From Octopus bimaculoides (taxonomy: Eukaryota): 55,907 nucleotides of DNA. Positions within the stretch are counted from its first letter, which is position 1, and each line of letters starts with the position of its first letter. Made by a program: the position numbers and the translations under genes. Below, piece after piece: positions 1-12,150 of the stretch. The notes under the pieces were generated by a model. It did not search any database, was not told where the DNA came from, and saw only the letters and a program-made list of their open reading frames with translations. The stretch spans positions 82,960,513 through 83,016,419 of the forward strand of contig NC_068984.1 in the NCBI RefSeq assembly GCF_001194135.2. The letters are read 5' to 3'.

Positions 1-329
1 AGAAATAAGGCATCAGTAGTGCTTTTACCTGGCACGAACCCAAACTGCATCTCATCTAAATTGATTCGCTCCCTAATTAGTTGGGCTATGACCCTCTCTG
101 TAACTTTCATAACCTGATCTAACAGCTTGATGCCTCTGTAATTATTTGTATCTAAAGCGTCCCCTTTACCTTTGTAGCAGTTGACTATGATGCTGCTACA
201 CCAGTCATAGGGTATGACTCCTTCGTGTATCACCTGGTTCGTAATACGGGTGACTAGGCTATAGCCAACACTGCCAGATATTTTGAGCATCTCTGCAGTG
301 ATTCCTGATGGGCCGGGGGCTTTCCCGGT
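1..329 (-). mobile_element. RTE-clade LINE reverse transcriptase fragment (runs off window start)
   Basis: Open minus-strand frame GKAPGPSGITAEMLK...YKGKGDALDTNNYRGIKLL...MQFGFVPGKSTTDA, matching the RT N-terminal motifs of RTE LINEs. Confidence 0.9.
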
Positions 330-560
330 AGATAGGCCGCCGGACTGGCTCCCATGCAGGTAGCATGTAAAAAACACCTTTTGAGCGTGGTCGTTGAAAG
401 AACTGACTGGCTAGCCCTCGTGCTGGTGGCACATAAAAGCACACACTACATTCTCGGAGTGGTTGGCGTTAGGAAGTGCATCCACTGGCTCGCCAGTCCT
501 CAGTCATATCATCCAACCCATTCCAGTATGGAAAGCAGACATTAAACGACAATGATGATA
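330..560 (+). mobile_element. RTE-type 3' UTR/tail (LINE end or derived SINE)
   Basis: gtggttggcgttaggaag...ccaacccattccagtatggaaagcagacattaaacgacaatgatgat; the same end recurs at about 17640-17670, 24150-24290 (minus) and 37620-37800. Confidence 0.7.
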
Positions 561-565
561 GATAA

Positions 566-800
566 GGCGGTGAGCTGGCAGAAACGTTAACACTAACGTT
601 TCTGCCAGTTCGCCGAGCGAAATGCTTAGCAGTATTTCACCTGTCTTTACATTCTGAGTTCAAATTCCACTGAGGTCAACTTTGCCTTTCATCCTTTTGG
701 GGGTCGATAAATTAAGTACCAGTTGCATACTGGTGTCAATCTAATCGACTGGCCCCTTCCCCCAAAATTTTGGGCCTTGTGCCTAGAGTAGAAAAGAATA
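566..800 (+). mobile_element. SINE (family B: ...ctgagttcaaattcc...gtcaactttgcctttcatcc...)
   Basis: B-box-like GAGTTCAAATTCC; the same body recurs many times in both orientations (e.g. 30120-30330, 32203-32433, 55510-55685). Confidence 0.8.
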
Positions 801-3800
801 TATTTAGATAGCCATTCTCCTAGTTAAGGAGCTATATACATACTGAATAATAGTAGATGTAAAGGTTACCTAATTGATAACAATTTACTATGAGTTATAT
901 GAAATGGGTAACAGAAAATGCTGTCGTGGACTTGAAAAGAATGCCTAATTAGTAGCAGTACTTAAGTGGTACTTTATCAATCGATGAAAAGCAAAATTGA
1001 CCTTAGCAAGAATCGAGCATAAAAAGTAATATGCTTTAACAAAGCACTGCAAACATTTTGCCTAGTGTTCTAATGATTCTGCCAACCCTATACCACCACC
1101 AGGTATAATGATGGCATTATTAACATAAACTCAGTTGACTAAAAGATTAAGATGAATCATCATCACTTACTGGAGTGTTGATCACATTTACAATATTTAT
1201 ATTTGCATTACATTTCAATTCACCACACCATCAGATGTCTTTATACAAAAATATCTTTGCCCTCTTGAAAACTTTATAGCCAACTAGATGTCAACTTCAC
1301 ATGGTAATGCCCTACTTCAATCCACTTCTTGAGTAATATTATTAACAGTTTGGTGATTGATATATATAAAAAAAAAACCAGCTCATTCTTGATTGAACCT
1401 TTCACATTGACACATTGATATCGAACAATGACCTACTGGTAAGTAAATTTATCTTTCTTGCTCAACAGATTTACTTGCGGTCTTATCAAATTAAAGGTAC
1501 AACTAATCCAAAAACACAAACTCATATATGTGCCTATAATGAAAAGAAAACATCTAACTGGAAAATAAAAAAAAAATTTTTAATCAGCAGGTAGCTAAAA
1601 ACTATCTGTAGATCACCACATACTCCATCAGCTTCAATCGTGACCAACTGAATGCTTATCTTGAACAACCATAATGTTATCTATAGAGAAGCATATTATC
1701 AACACAATTTTAAGGTTGACCCATAATATGCAACGAAGTTGGACATTTAACTTGCAGATACAGTCGATCTAAAACTTTCCATAGTTTCATCTATCCAGTT
1801 TTACACACAACATGGAACCTTAGTCTATAGTAAAAATATACTTACTAAGATGCTATGCAGTGACATTGAAGTAGGGTCCACTTAACTGTGAAGCAAACTT
1901 CTTAACCACTGGGTCATATTTGTATCAACATCATGGTTGAATTGTTGCAAGACAATGAAACTGTATCATTTCAGGGTCATATGAACAAAATGCAAGCAAT
2001 AGTGGTGATATGCAACATTATTACTTAACACCACAATACCTGGATCAGTGAAGCTAGTTAGGTTGTTTAGCTCAAAGGATAGTTTGTTCAGTATATTGAG
2101 TCCTGAAGACTAGTCTACATGCCAGTCTACTGGCAACTTCATCAGATGTAGAGTAGTGCCACTCACTTTTTTCACAAGCTTACAAGAGGGATAGATTTCA
2201 CAACTGAAAAGTCCTCTAACATACTATCTTTGCAGTACTGAGTCTGCTTACAACAGGCAGTGCACTTTTGCTGTGTAGTCTCTTATCAATCCTGATCAAG
2301 ATTTTTAGGGGATCATATCAACTCCAATGCTTACTTCATCAATCTCTATTTGTAGCCTGCTATGTTACAGGGCACTATGAGACTCAACACAAATACATAC
2401 ATATGACAGACTTCCACACAGTTTGTCTACCAAATTACACAAACAAGACATTGGTCAATTTGAGGCTTGTAGTAAAGGGTACTTGCTCTAGATACCATGC
2501 AGTGGAATCAGACCCAAAGTGCTCCAGCCATGATTGCCACATCTTTTTAGGAGGTATATTTAGGACTACATAGTCCAATGCATCCTTTCCTTTTTAAAAA
2601 CAGTAGGGTATGGTTTGAAGATTTGACAGCAGGTTGAATAACAATGTAGAGGTTCCTTTGTTTGATCAGGCAATGTACATTATTTCCTTATGCTACATAT
2701 GTACAGGAAAGTAAACAAAATTATAGAGAATTAGATGTCTTTACCAGGAACTCTGTAGCACAAATTGTAAGATACAAACCTTTGATCTCTTTACCAGTCT
2801 AATAGACCAGGAATATAGCATCTATTCACACAGTTGTAACCCTCACTCACTCAGTTTCATAATTTTAATTGTGACATAATTTTCTTTAATGACAACTAAT
2901 GAATAAGTGATTCAACAGAAAACAGGAAATACCCATTCTTTTGATTTTTAGTTCATTCATTCATTTATTTTTTATAATTCATTTTTTTTTTTCATTTTCA
3001 TTGTTCACTCAGTGAGGTGAGGACAGAATTAGTCATTTGGGAATTTCTGGGTTACAAAGAATCATTACTTTGCAAATGTTTCTTAAATAGTAATAATTTT
3101 TTCCAGCATAAGAACAGGGCCACAATTTTGGGGGAAAGGGGAGGTATTGTCAATTGAATCAACACTAATATTTTGTAATTTATTATATTGCAGCCTTGAA
3201 GGTTGAAAGACAAAGTCAACCTCAGCAGGATTTGAACTCAGAACACAAAGGAACATGACTAAATACAAGACATTCAATCCATCACTATTACTTTTATCAA
3301 ATAGTAATAATGACATAACTTTGGTACAAGATGACAAATTTAGAGGGAGGGGAGTTTGAGGAGGGTTGTTAATATGCATGCCTTTTCCTAAGGATATTAA
3401 TGATAAAAGTGAAATAGTTTCAACTGGGAATTAAAAGTGACTTGTTGATTCCATTCACTGATAATTTACATAAAATAATTTCTAGCCAAGACATAAGGCC
3501 AAGAATTTGGGAGAAGGAACAGTCGATTAAATCAACCACTACTTGACTAGTACTTATTTAATCGATTATGGAATGATGAAAGGCAAAGTTAACCTTAGTG
3601 GTATTTGAATTTAGAGAGAAAAAGACTGTAACTAAATGTTGCAAGGCATTTGTCTGATGTGCTAATGATTCTGCTAATCCATAATAATAACTGCTTGATT
3701 GGGTATGAAACCTAAAAATTTAGAAAGAATGAAAAATTGGAAGTTGTATTATTCATAGGTTTCTCGAGGGCACTGCACAAATTCTAGCACAGCAATGATG

Positions 3801-4132
3801 GTCACTTTTAAACTATGCTTGAGGTATAATATACAGGGAAGAGTAATTTGACTAAACAGGTCAACATCAATTGGAACTTATATTGCTGTTCCAAATATGA
3901 TGAAAGGCAAAGTCAATGCTAATGGGGTTTAAACATAAATCAAAACTGCTCCCAATAAGGAAACTGTAATACATCACAAAGCTGGCTGGCACTATTGTCG
4001 GGATCATTTCCACAACAAACATGAAAGAATATCTGGGAGTGGTGATGGTAGTAGCAGTAGATTATTATTTTGAAGAAAGGGGAAGGGAAGAAAAGAAATT
4101 GCCATCAAAAATAGGAGTTAGGGGTTTCATAG

Positions 4133-4138
4133 TTTATT
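4133..4138 (-). terminator. Candidate GOSR2 poly(A) signal AATAAA
   Basis: Nearest AATAAA I found on the minus strand, about 230 nt after the stop; others lie further downstream. Confidence 0.35.
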
Positions 4139-4367
4139 TTTAAACTGTCTCTGCTGTAGTGGGAAGACTAGATAAGGCAAACTATGAGGTTATTTGATAT
4201 GGTTATAGCCATAGCAGTGAACATGTGCAGCTTCTGACCAGACAACAACCAAACAAAGAAGCTACGGTGAGAGAGAGAAAGAGTGGGGGAGGGAGAATGG
4301 TGAAGAGAAGAGAAAAAATGGTGGAGAGAAAGGGAATGATGGACAGAAAGATATTGGTAGGGAGAGA

Positions 4368-4734
4368 TCAGATTAGATAGGCTATAACAATATACATGAT
4401 AAGACAAGTAACCAGCATGCCCACAAAGAGAATGATTTTGTCCTGAGAACTGCGCTTCTCAATGAGTCGCATAACAGTGTTTGACAATCCAAGCATGTTA
4501 GCAATGTCAAGGATCTTCTTGTGTGTTCCCTTCAGAGTAACACTCTGTTCTTTTAAGCTGCTCAGCACATTTGAACCAGCACCAAGCAGATCATCAATGC
4601 CATGGTGGGAATTCTGCAGCTGGGTGTTGTGCCGAAGAGCATGGTCAATTTCAATTGAGGTGTTCTCATCATTGGTGGTGAACTTGCGTGACAGCAGTGC
4701 TTCCCTTTCACGTTCTTCTTCTTCTCGCCGGTAA
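4368..4734 (-). CDS. GOSR2: Golgi SNAP receptor complex member 2 (membrin/GS27), last coding exon
   Basis: Acceptor ctccAG at 4736-4735, phase 2. Encodes [22 protein letters not shown]...[28 protein letters not shown]...C-terminal TM, then TGA. The Qb-SNARE motif is nearly identical to GOSR2 as I recall it. Confidence 0.97.
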
Positions 4735-4969
4735 CTGGAGAGTAAGCAGAATGAGCATTAGAATAAACATTAAGGAAAGAACTAGTTAAACAGTTACAAC
4801 TAAATGAAATAATTAATGTGAACTAATTAATCTAAATTACTTGTGTTGTGTAATCACATATTTTATACATATGTCTGTGAACACTACATATTGATTGGTT
4901 TGAGTTCCAACTACCAATGTGAAAGGAAGTGGAAAAAAAGAGATGAGCTTTTAGCCAACAGATACTTAC

Positions 4970-5241
4970 CGTTTGTGTTGTAAATGCCTCATGGCTGTCT
5001 GCAGATGCTGGCAATCATATTTCAACTGGTCAACTTTCATCTTGGCAACAGCTCGACGGCTGACTGGTTCCTTGTTGACAAATAAGTCGAGTCGTTCACA
5101 ATGACTAGTAATCATATCAATGTGGGCTTGAATATCATTCTCAATGATGTGCACATTTTGGTCAGTAGCGCGTTCCAGAGCGCTGAGATTTTGCCACACC
5201 TCTTGGACTAGTTTGTTTGTTTGGTGATACAGATTATCCAT
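4970..5241 (-). CDS. GOSR2: GOSR2 first coding exon
   Basis: MDNLYHQTNKLVQE...KVDQLKYDCQHLQTAMRHLQHKR; donor CG|GTAAGT at 4969. The spliced CDS is 639 nt = 212 aa + stop. A strong acceptor (tattttgttatttttcAG, 5337-5336) lies 94 nt upstream of the ATG. Confidence 0.96.
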
Positions 5242-5592
5242 ACTGGCAAATATTCTTGTTCAAGTTTTTTTCATATACACAGAAGCACCTCTAATGAGGT
5301 ACCCTAACCCCAAAAACTGATGGAATGGTAGCAATCTGAAAAATAACAAAATACTTTATTAAGCAAAATGAATACACACACACACATACTGAGCTAAACA
5401 CAACATTATGAATCAGTGATATTGGTAATATATCCTTGGTTGTCTTTACCCCTAAATAACACTAGTGTTACTGCTATTTGGCTCCTGAATGAAATGTCTG
5501 TGGTACCTAATCCTTACAGCAAGAAGACACAACAAACATTTAGTAGACAACTGGCACATATTACAGAATAGTATGCAGCATATAGAATAGAT

Positions 5593-5980
5593 GCAGGAGT
5601 GGCTGTGTGGTAAGTAGCTTGCTTACCAACCACATGGTTCCGGGTTCAGTCCCACTGTGTGGCATCTTGGGCAAGTGTCTTCTACTATAGCCTTGGGCCG
5701 ACCAAAGCCTTGTGAGTGGATTTGGTAGACGGAAACTAAAAGAAGCCCGTCGTATATATTTATATATACATATATATGTGTGTGTGTCTGTATTTGTCCC
5801 CCTAGCATTGCTTGACAACTGATGCTGGTGTGTTTATGTCCCCGTCACTTAGCGGTTCGGCAATAGAGTCCGATAGAATAAGTACTAGGCTTACAAAGAA
5901 TAAGTCCTGGGGTCGATTTCCTCAACTAAAGGCAGTGCTCCAGCATGGCCGCAGTCAAATGATTGAAACAAGTAAAAGAG
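5593..5980 (+). mobile_element. tRNA-derived SINE (family A), full length
   Basis: A-box-like GTGGCTGTGTGG, B-box GGTTCAGTCCC (5643-5653) and an internal (TA/TG)n tract. A close copy lies in inverted orientation at 33464-33863. Confidence 0.85.
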
Positions 5981-8900
5981 CATCACATTAATAATGGTTT
6001 CTAATTTTTATACCATTGATCCCAGCACTTGACTGAGAATTTATTTTATCAATTTTGGAATGACAAAAGGTAACTGAATTTGCAGAGATTTGAAATCAGA
6101 ATTTAAAAACTAGAGCATAGTATTTTCTCTAATGATTCAGTCAATCTATGCTGATTATCAATAATCATAAGAAAAATTTCTTGCATTCAAACAAGACTAC
6201 AGATTTGCAAGAAAATGAAATGAATAGAATCCAGTACCTGCTTGTTAAATATTTTATCAACCTCATTGGTCTAAGAGACTAAATCCATTCATTCAAGTGG
6301 AATTTAAATGCCAGCTTCAGTTATAAGAACATAAACAACAAAAGCAAAATACCTTTTCTAAGCATTCAGTAAATTCAATTGTTGCAGGGAGTGTAGGATC
6401 TAACATTTCAAGTCTTGTCCTTTGCCTAAGAGTGAGAAACAGAAAAATATGGCCATCTTAGGTTAGCAGCAATTTACTGGTTGGCAATCCAACTGATGTC
6501 ACCACTTTTCTCTATTTTTCACTCTCTGATTGAGAGCAAAGTCTGAAATGGCAGACTTTACTCTTCATGACAGCTTAACTTATCAAACTCTCCTATTGAC
6601 TACTGTTACTGGTAAACTGTCATCAGCTTCCCAGTTTATAGTTACATCACTTCCTCAACCTGCCGCTCTCTTTTTTCAATGAATTGTTCAAATCGTTTTT
6701 GCCTTTTATTCTTCCTGGATTAAAAACAAGAATTACATGTACTGGTTTTCATCTAATTAAACACAAAATCTCCCAAAATGTGTGACCTAGTGGCTATGTA
6801 AAAAATCGTTATTTACAGAGTTCATTTCACAGACAAATATTTCTTAATCCTTCAAATGTTTCTTTAAATTTCAGTTGACATTAAGTAAATTAATAAAAAT
6901 GGAGTGGTATGTGCCTGTCATTTATGATAATGTGAAGAAAAATTTCAATCAGGACCGATTTAAGTAATCTAGGGTGGGGCTCACACTTATCAAGGAGTTT
7001 CTCTTATACAGGTCCCTTGGATTAAAGGAAAGGCAAGTTAGTACACTTCAGAAAGTTAATTGGGTACAAGAGTTGCCAAGAGAGCCAGTAGTGCTAGATT
7101 CAACAGCCTTAATGACCTACCACAACTTCATTGGTAGGTTTGCTGTCTTCTAGTTGAGTTCATCCACCCTTGTAAAAAGATATTAAGCTTTTTGTACGAT
7201 GGAAATAAATAACGATATTAAAAAAAATTTCTTTTTGTTTTTTGAATGCAGAGTTGCTGTTAGAACAGCAGAAATACTGGGTAAATTACCCTTACAAGGC
7301 ATTAAAATTTATGAACAACTAGCTGTCTACCCAGCCTCCACATATCAAGATGAGACCCTAGAGAGGCAGAGCTGGCTGATCATGAAACAATACTGGTTTC
7401 TATGGCTGCCAGTAGTAGATCATTTCTGATTTGACCTAACATAAAATTAGTTAATAATGCCCTTTAACAATGAGCAGTTGATAAGACCAGTAGCATTGTA
7501 GACAATTTGAGAAAGCTAGTTAGTTGCAGATGCAATCTCAATAAAGATTTGCTGGACTAGATTGAAACTGGCCCAGCCAATCTGCCCTGGCTGTACAAAG
7601 AGTAAGTTGTTTATGACTGTTCATCATCATCATCTAAATATCCACTTTTCCATCCTTGTATGGTCAGATAGAACTTGTTGAGGTGTATTATCAATGGTCA
7701 GATGTCTTTCCTGTTGCAAACCGTCACCTGTTTCCAAGTAAGGTACTATTTCCCATGATCAGACATCATCATGGAAAACCTGAAACAAAGGACACTGTAT
7801 GACAGTAACACTTGGTTACAACTATCATGCAATGTCAAGGCAGAGATACAATAACACATACATATATGACAGGCTTCTTTCAGTTTCTACCAACCAAATC
7901 CACTTACAAGGCTTTGGTCAGCCCAGAGTTATAACAGAAGATACTCGCCTGAGGTGCCATGCAGTGGGACTGAACATGAAACTATGTGGTTGGAAAACAA
8001 ACTTCTTCTCACACAGCCATGCTTGTCTAGTGTATTTAATTGAGATTAGTTAATTGACACACACAACATTGGCTGAAATCTACAGATCTACTCTGTAGTA
8101 CTTATAGCATGTCTATGAGAGCATGTATAGATGGTAAACATTCACCTATTTTACCTTACATTCACAGGTAATAACATTCTATCTTTACCTTACTTTCCCT
8201 AAACAATAGCATCACTTATGTTCATTGTCAAGAACATTATAGAACTATTAGGGAAACTCTGCAGTTGCTCAACCTGCTAGAAATTGCAGCTAAATCTCCT
8301 TTAAAGCACTCCTTACATCTAAAAACAAGGAAGGACACACTGGACGATGTACATGTATACTTACCTAGACATACAAAAAATTAAGATAGTCACAACTGGA
8401 ATTGTGTTCAATCTTAGTTTTCTGCTACACATTGACATCTAAAATGTCTGACAGGTCAGCTTGATCAGAGCTGACCTGAAGTTAAATAATTCATAATTTT
8501 AATTCAGTTTTTAGGGATGGGTATTTCAAACATTAAGAGCAACCTGGTAGATTTTACTCTTCAACCATCATGATGATCATTATTATAATCAAAGACCGTC
8601 ACATGAACAGTTATTATTTTGATACAAAAACAAACTGTTAAGTTCCAATTATTTCAACTGATAATTTAAGGTGACATTGCCAAATAATGAAGTGTTTAAT
8701 CCTTTAGCATTTAAAGCAGTTATATCTGGCTCAAATATTGTACCAGATACAGCCTCTCACACATACCCAACAATGTCATTCTAAAAAAATAAACAAAAAC
8801 CTCATAGAAATCTCAAATGCATGATTAATTCAAAGCCACATGAATAAAGAAGCATTACATTTGTCAGAGTAATCTGAATGCTAAAGGGTTAATAAACATG

Positions 8901-9365
8901 GGAGTCTCTCTGTGGTTATTTGACCTACTAGAAACAGCAATTAAATTTCCTTACAAATCCAACCTCACAATCATAAGGTATTAAAAGCTAAATAACAAAA
9001 ATATGTTGAGCTAACAAAGGAGCTAGTATGCAGTCTCTTGACTTGCTAGAAATAGCAGCAAAATATCTCTAATCACACCTTAGAGACTTTAAAATGGAAG
9101 GAGATATTAGATTATTTAGGCCTTGTTTGAAAGAAGAGATGATCATCACTGAAACACCTCTGAGCATAAACGCTTAGTTTTAGAATGGTGGCAGCTGATG
9201 AAGGAAATGTTCTCTATGTGGCCTGTATGTTTGCTGTACTCCGTTTATCATTTTGTCCACGTTTATTTTGCAACGTCCTGTAACCAGATATGCATCTATA
9301 TATACATGTAGATGTAGGTATGTACATATATGTACGTATATATGCATATACTCATATATTATTTG

Positions 9366-9405
<40 letters not shown>

Positions 9406-10639
9406 TGAATTAGGGCTGACCTAGGGTTAAATAACAGTGAAAATATGAGAACGAAACAAACTGGATATAATCACATCATTTAAATCTAATAAAATATTCA
9501 ATGAACTTCAGCTACAACACCATCATTGTTATGAATATAAAAACAAGTGTGTACATGTTGAACTTGTCTAGACCTGTTTTGAGCAGAATTATGATCAAAA
9601 ACATTCCAGATGTTAAAAACCTGCCTTTTTAGGGATATGTCTAAAACTAAAAAATGATTACCCAATGTGTTCCTTTCCTCATTTAAGATGGTAAATGGGG
9701 TGCAATTTGAGGGATATTTGGCTGCTATTTCTAGCTGGTTGAGCATGGTGGTGGTGGGGTTTCATCACTGGCTCATGTACAGGCCCTGTGGATAACAATC
9801 AGAGAATTTTCTCATTGCAAAAAAAATCCCTACATTGCATATTTCAGGATGTGACCCATGTCCTTACATCCAATGACATAAAATGAGACATCTAGGTAGG
9901 AATAAGACAATTTGCTGAGTGAGATGGAACAAAAGACATGAATTGGTTAGTTATTTGAATCTCATTAACTTTCAGGTGGCAACAAATACAGAAAACAACA
10001 TGTTTGGTTAGCCTTTATTTTCAATTGCAAATGAAAGATTTTGCATAATCAAATACACACATTAGCTGATATACATCATTAACATCAGTCTTCCATACTG
10101 GCATAGGTTGGATAGTTTGACTGCATCTGATGTGCCAGAAGATTATGCTGAGCAACAGTGTCTGTTTTGGCATGGTTTCTATGGCTGGATATACTTCCTA
10201 ACATTATCCACTTAATAGAGTGTACTGAGTGTTTTATTTTGTAGCACCAACACTAGTGAGGTTACCAAGTAACTTGCAAGGCAAGACCACCTTTGACTGA
10301 GTTGGGGTGTAATATTGATAATGTGAAGTGTGAGGAGGTAAGAGAGTGATACACAGTGACAGAGACAGGGATCAGACGTATGTAGGGGTAGAAATAATAA
10401 GTGACAAAGAAGGAGTGGGGGTACTAATGGCAGATATGAGAGAATGTTTTTGGAAAGTGGCATTCAGTGGAAAATAAAGTAAAGTAAGGGATGGTACTGA
10501 GAATGCAGGATGGGTGACAAATGGAGGTGTTTCCAAGGAGAAGGATAACTGGTAGTAGAAAAGCAGGAATAAAATATCTGTAGTTCTACTCTGATGCAAT
10601 TACAGCAGCTGAGTAAGCAATAGAAGGATGGGTGTTAGG

Positions 10640-12150
10640 AAAATGAATTCTGGGGAAGGCTTGACAGGGACTGAATGGGTGCTGGGGCATAGACATTTGC
10701 TTTTAGGACCTCATGTTTTTTCCTGAGATGGACAGGTCTTCTCAAGCACACCAAATAATCAATTGTCATAACTCCTTGTTATCTTTATTGTGGGGCTCAA
10801 CATCCTGAGGTTGGTCTTCGCAACTAAGTCCCACATCTTCCTTGGTTTCTTTCTTCCAAGGCTTCCATCCAAATTTAGTGATCACTAGTCCTTAATGCAG
10901 CTGTCTTCATCCATATGCATCACATGACCATACCAGCACAGTTTTCTCCCTTCTACATTCAATACATTTGCACTGACACTGTACATCCAGTGGAGCATGC
11001 TAGTTTCATTTCTTCCTACTTGTCACAAGTCCTCTGCAATTCATGATCCACATTTCACAACCATATAGCATTGTTGTTCATATAAAAGATCATACAATTT
11101 GCCGTTCACTCTGAGAGAGACCATTTATTATCAACAGAAGTATTAGTTTTGTGAACTTTCTTCAGCCAGTTCCTATTCTAGCAACTATAGTTTCAGAACA
11201 TCTCTTCCACTGCTAATTAGGTCATCCAGGTAACAGAAACTATCTACTACTACTAAAGATCCTCCTGAGCATTCAAGAAAATCTACTGACCTTGTATTCT
11301 TAGTGTTTATTACTCATGCACATCAACCACAAAGTCAACTTTCTCTGTTAGTCTTTCTGTGTTTCCACTGCACCTCTTATGTATCCATAATTTGCACCAG
11401 GTATACCATATGGAATTCTTGCATATATCTTTCTTACATAGCAAGCAGGGCCTTTTACCTGAAGGATGTGGAGTCCAGTCTGTTTTCCTGTTTACTAGAA
11501 CTTTTGGTCTTTGCTAATTTAACTTTAAGGCCTCTTGATTCCAAGTTTTGATTCCACACCTAAAATTTATTTTCTAATCCTATTACAACAGATTCAATTA
11601 TAGGAACAAAATCATCAAAACAGAGGAGTTCCCATGGGCAACAGGTTTTAAACTCCTCTGTTATGGCTGAGAAAACAATGATAAACAGGAGGGGGGTTAG
11701 AACAGAGCCCCAGTTAACTCCTACCAGTACACTAAATTCATCATTGCACTTGTTGCTAACTCTCACCTTACTAGCAGCTTAAATGTCAAGTACAACAGTT
11801 TTCTTTTGGCTAAATACTTTTGCAATTGCCTCGCTAAAACATGAGCATCAGCAGTACTTCTCCTTGGAACAAAAATGTGTCTCATCTGGGCTAATTCCCT
11901 TTCTAATTAACAAATCTATTACCTTTTCTGTAACTTTCTTGACCTGGTCCAATAATTCGATACCTCTGTCATTACTTCTCTCAAAGGTCTTAACTCTTGT
12001 AACAGTTGACTATAATGGAGCTATACCAGTCATTGGGTTTGACACTTCCTTGTAAAACCTGGTTAATCATATGGGTGTTAAAGTCTTAACCTGCTCTGCC
12101 AGATTTTAAGCATCTCAGCAGTGATTCCCAATGGACCAGGGGCTTTCTTT
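10640..12150 (-). mobile_element. Degenerate RTE LINE (RT domain plus C-terminus)
   Basis: KAPGPLGITAEML; GVNWGSVLTPLLFIIV...CPWELLCFDDF (decayed GSVLSPLLF/YADD); LCWYGHVMHMDEDSC; many stops and frameshifts. Confidence 0.88.

Noticed and set aside
1439-1468. GTAAGT...CAACAG apparent intron
   Set aside because: Only 30 nt long, and the flanking frames contain stops.
5593-5665. tRNA-like A/B-box heads (also 21007 and 53370)
   Set aside because: They continue into SINE bodies; no complete cloverleaf.
6950-7589. Possible hAT-like TIR pair CAGGACCGATT/AATCTGCCCTG
   Set aside because: Only 9/11 match and no TSD.
9190-9215. CTGATGAAGGAA half-hammerhead
   Set aside because: No matching stem II/GAAA/cleavage triplet found nearby.
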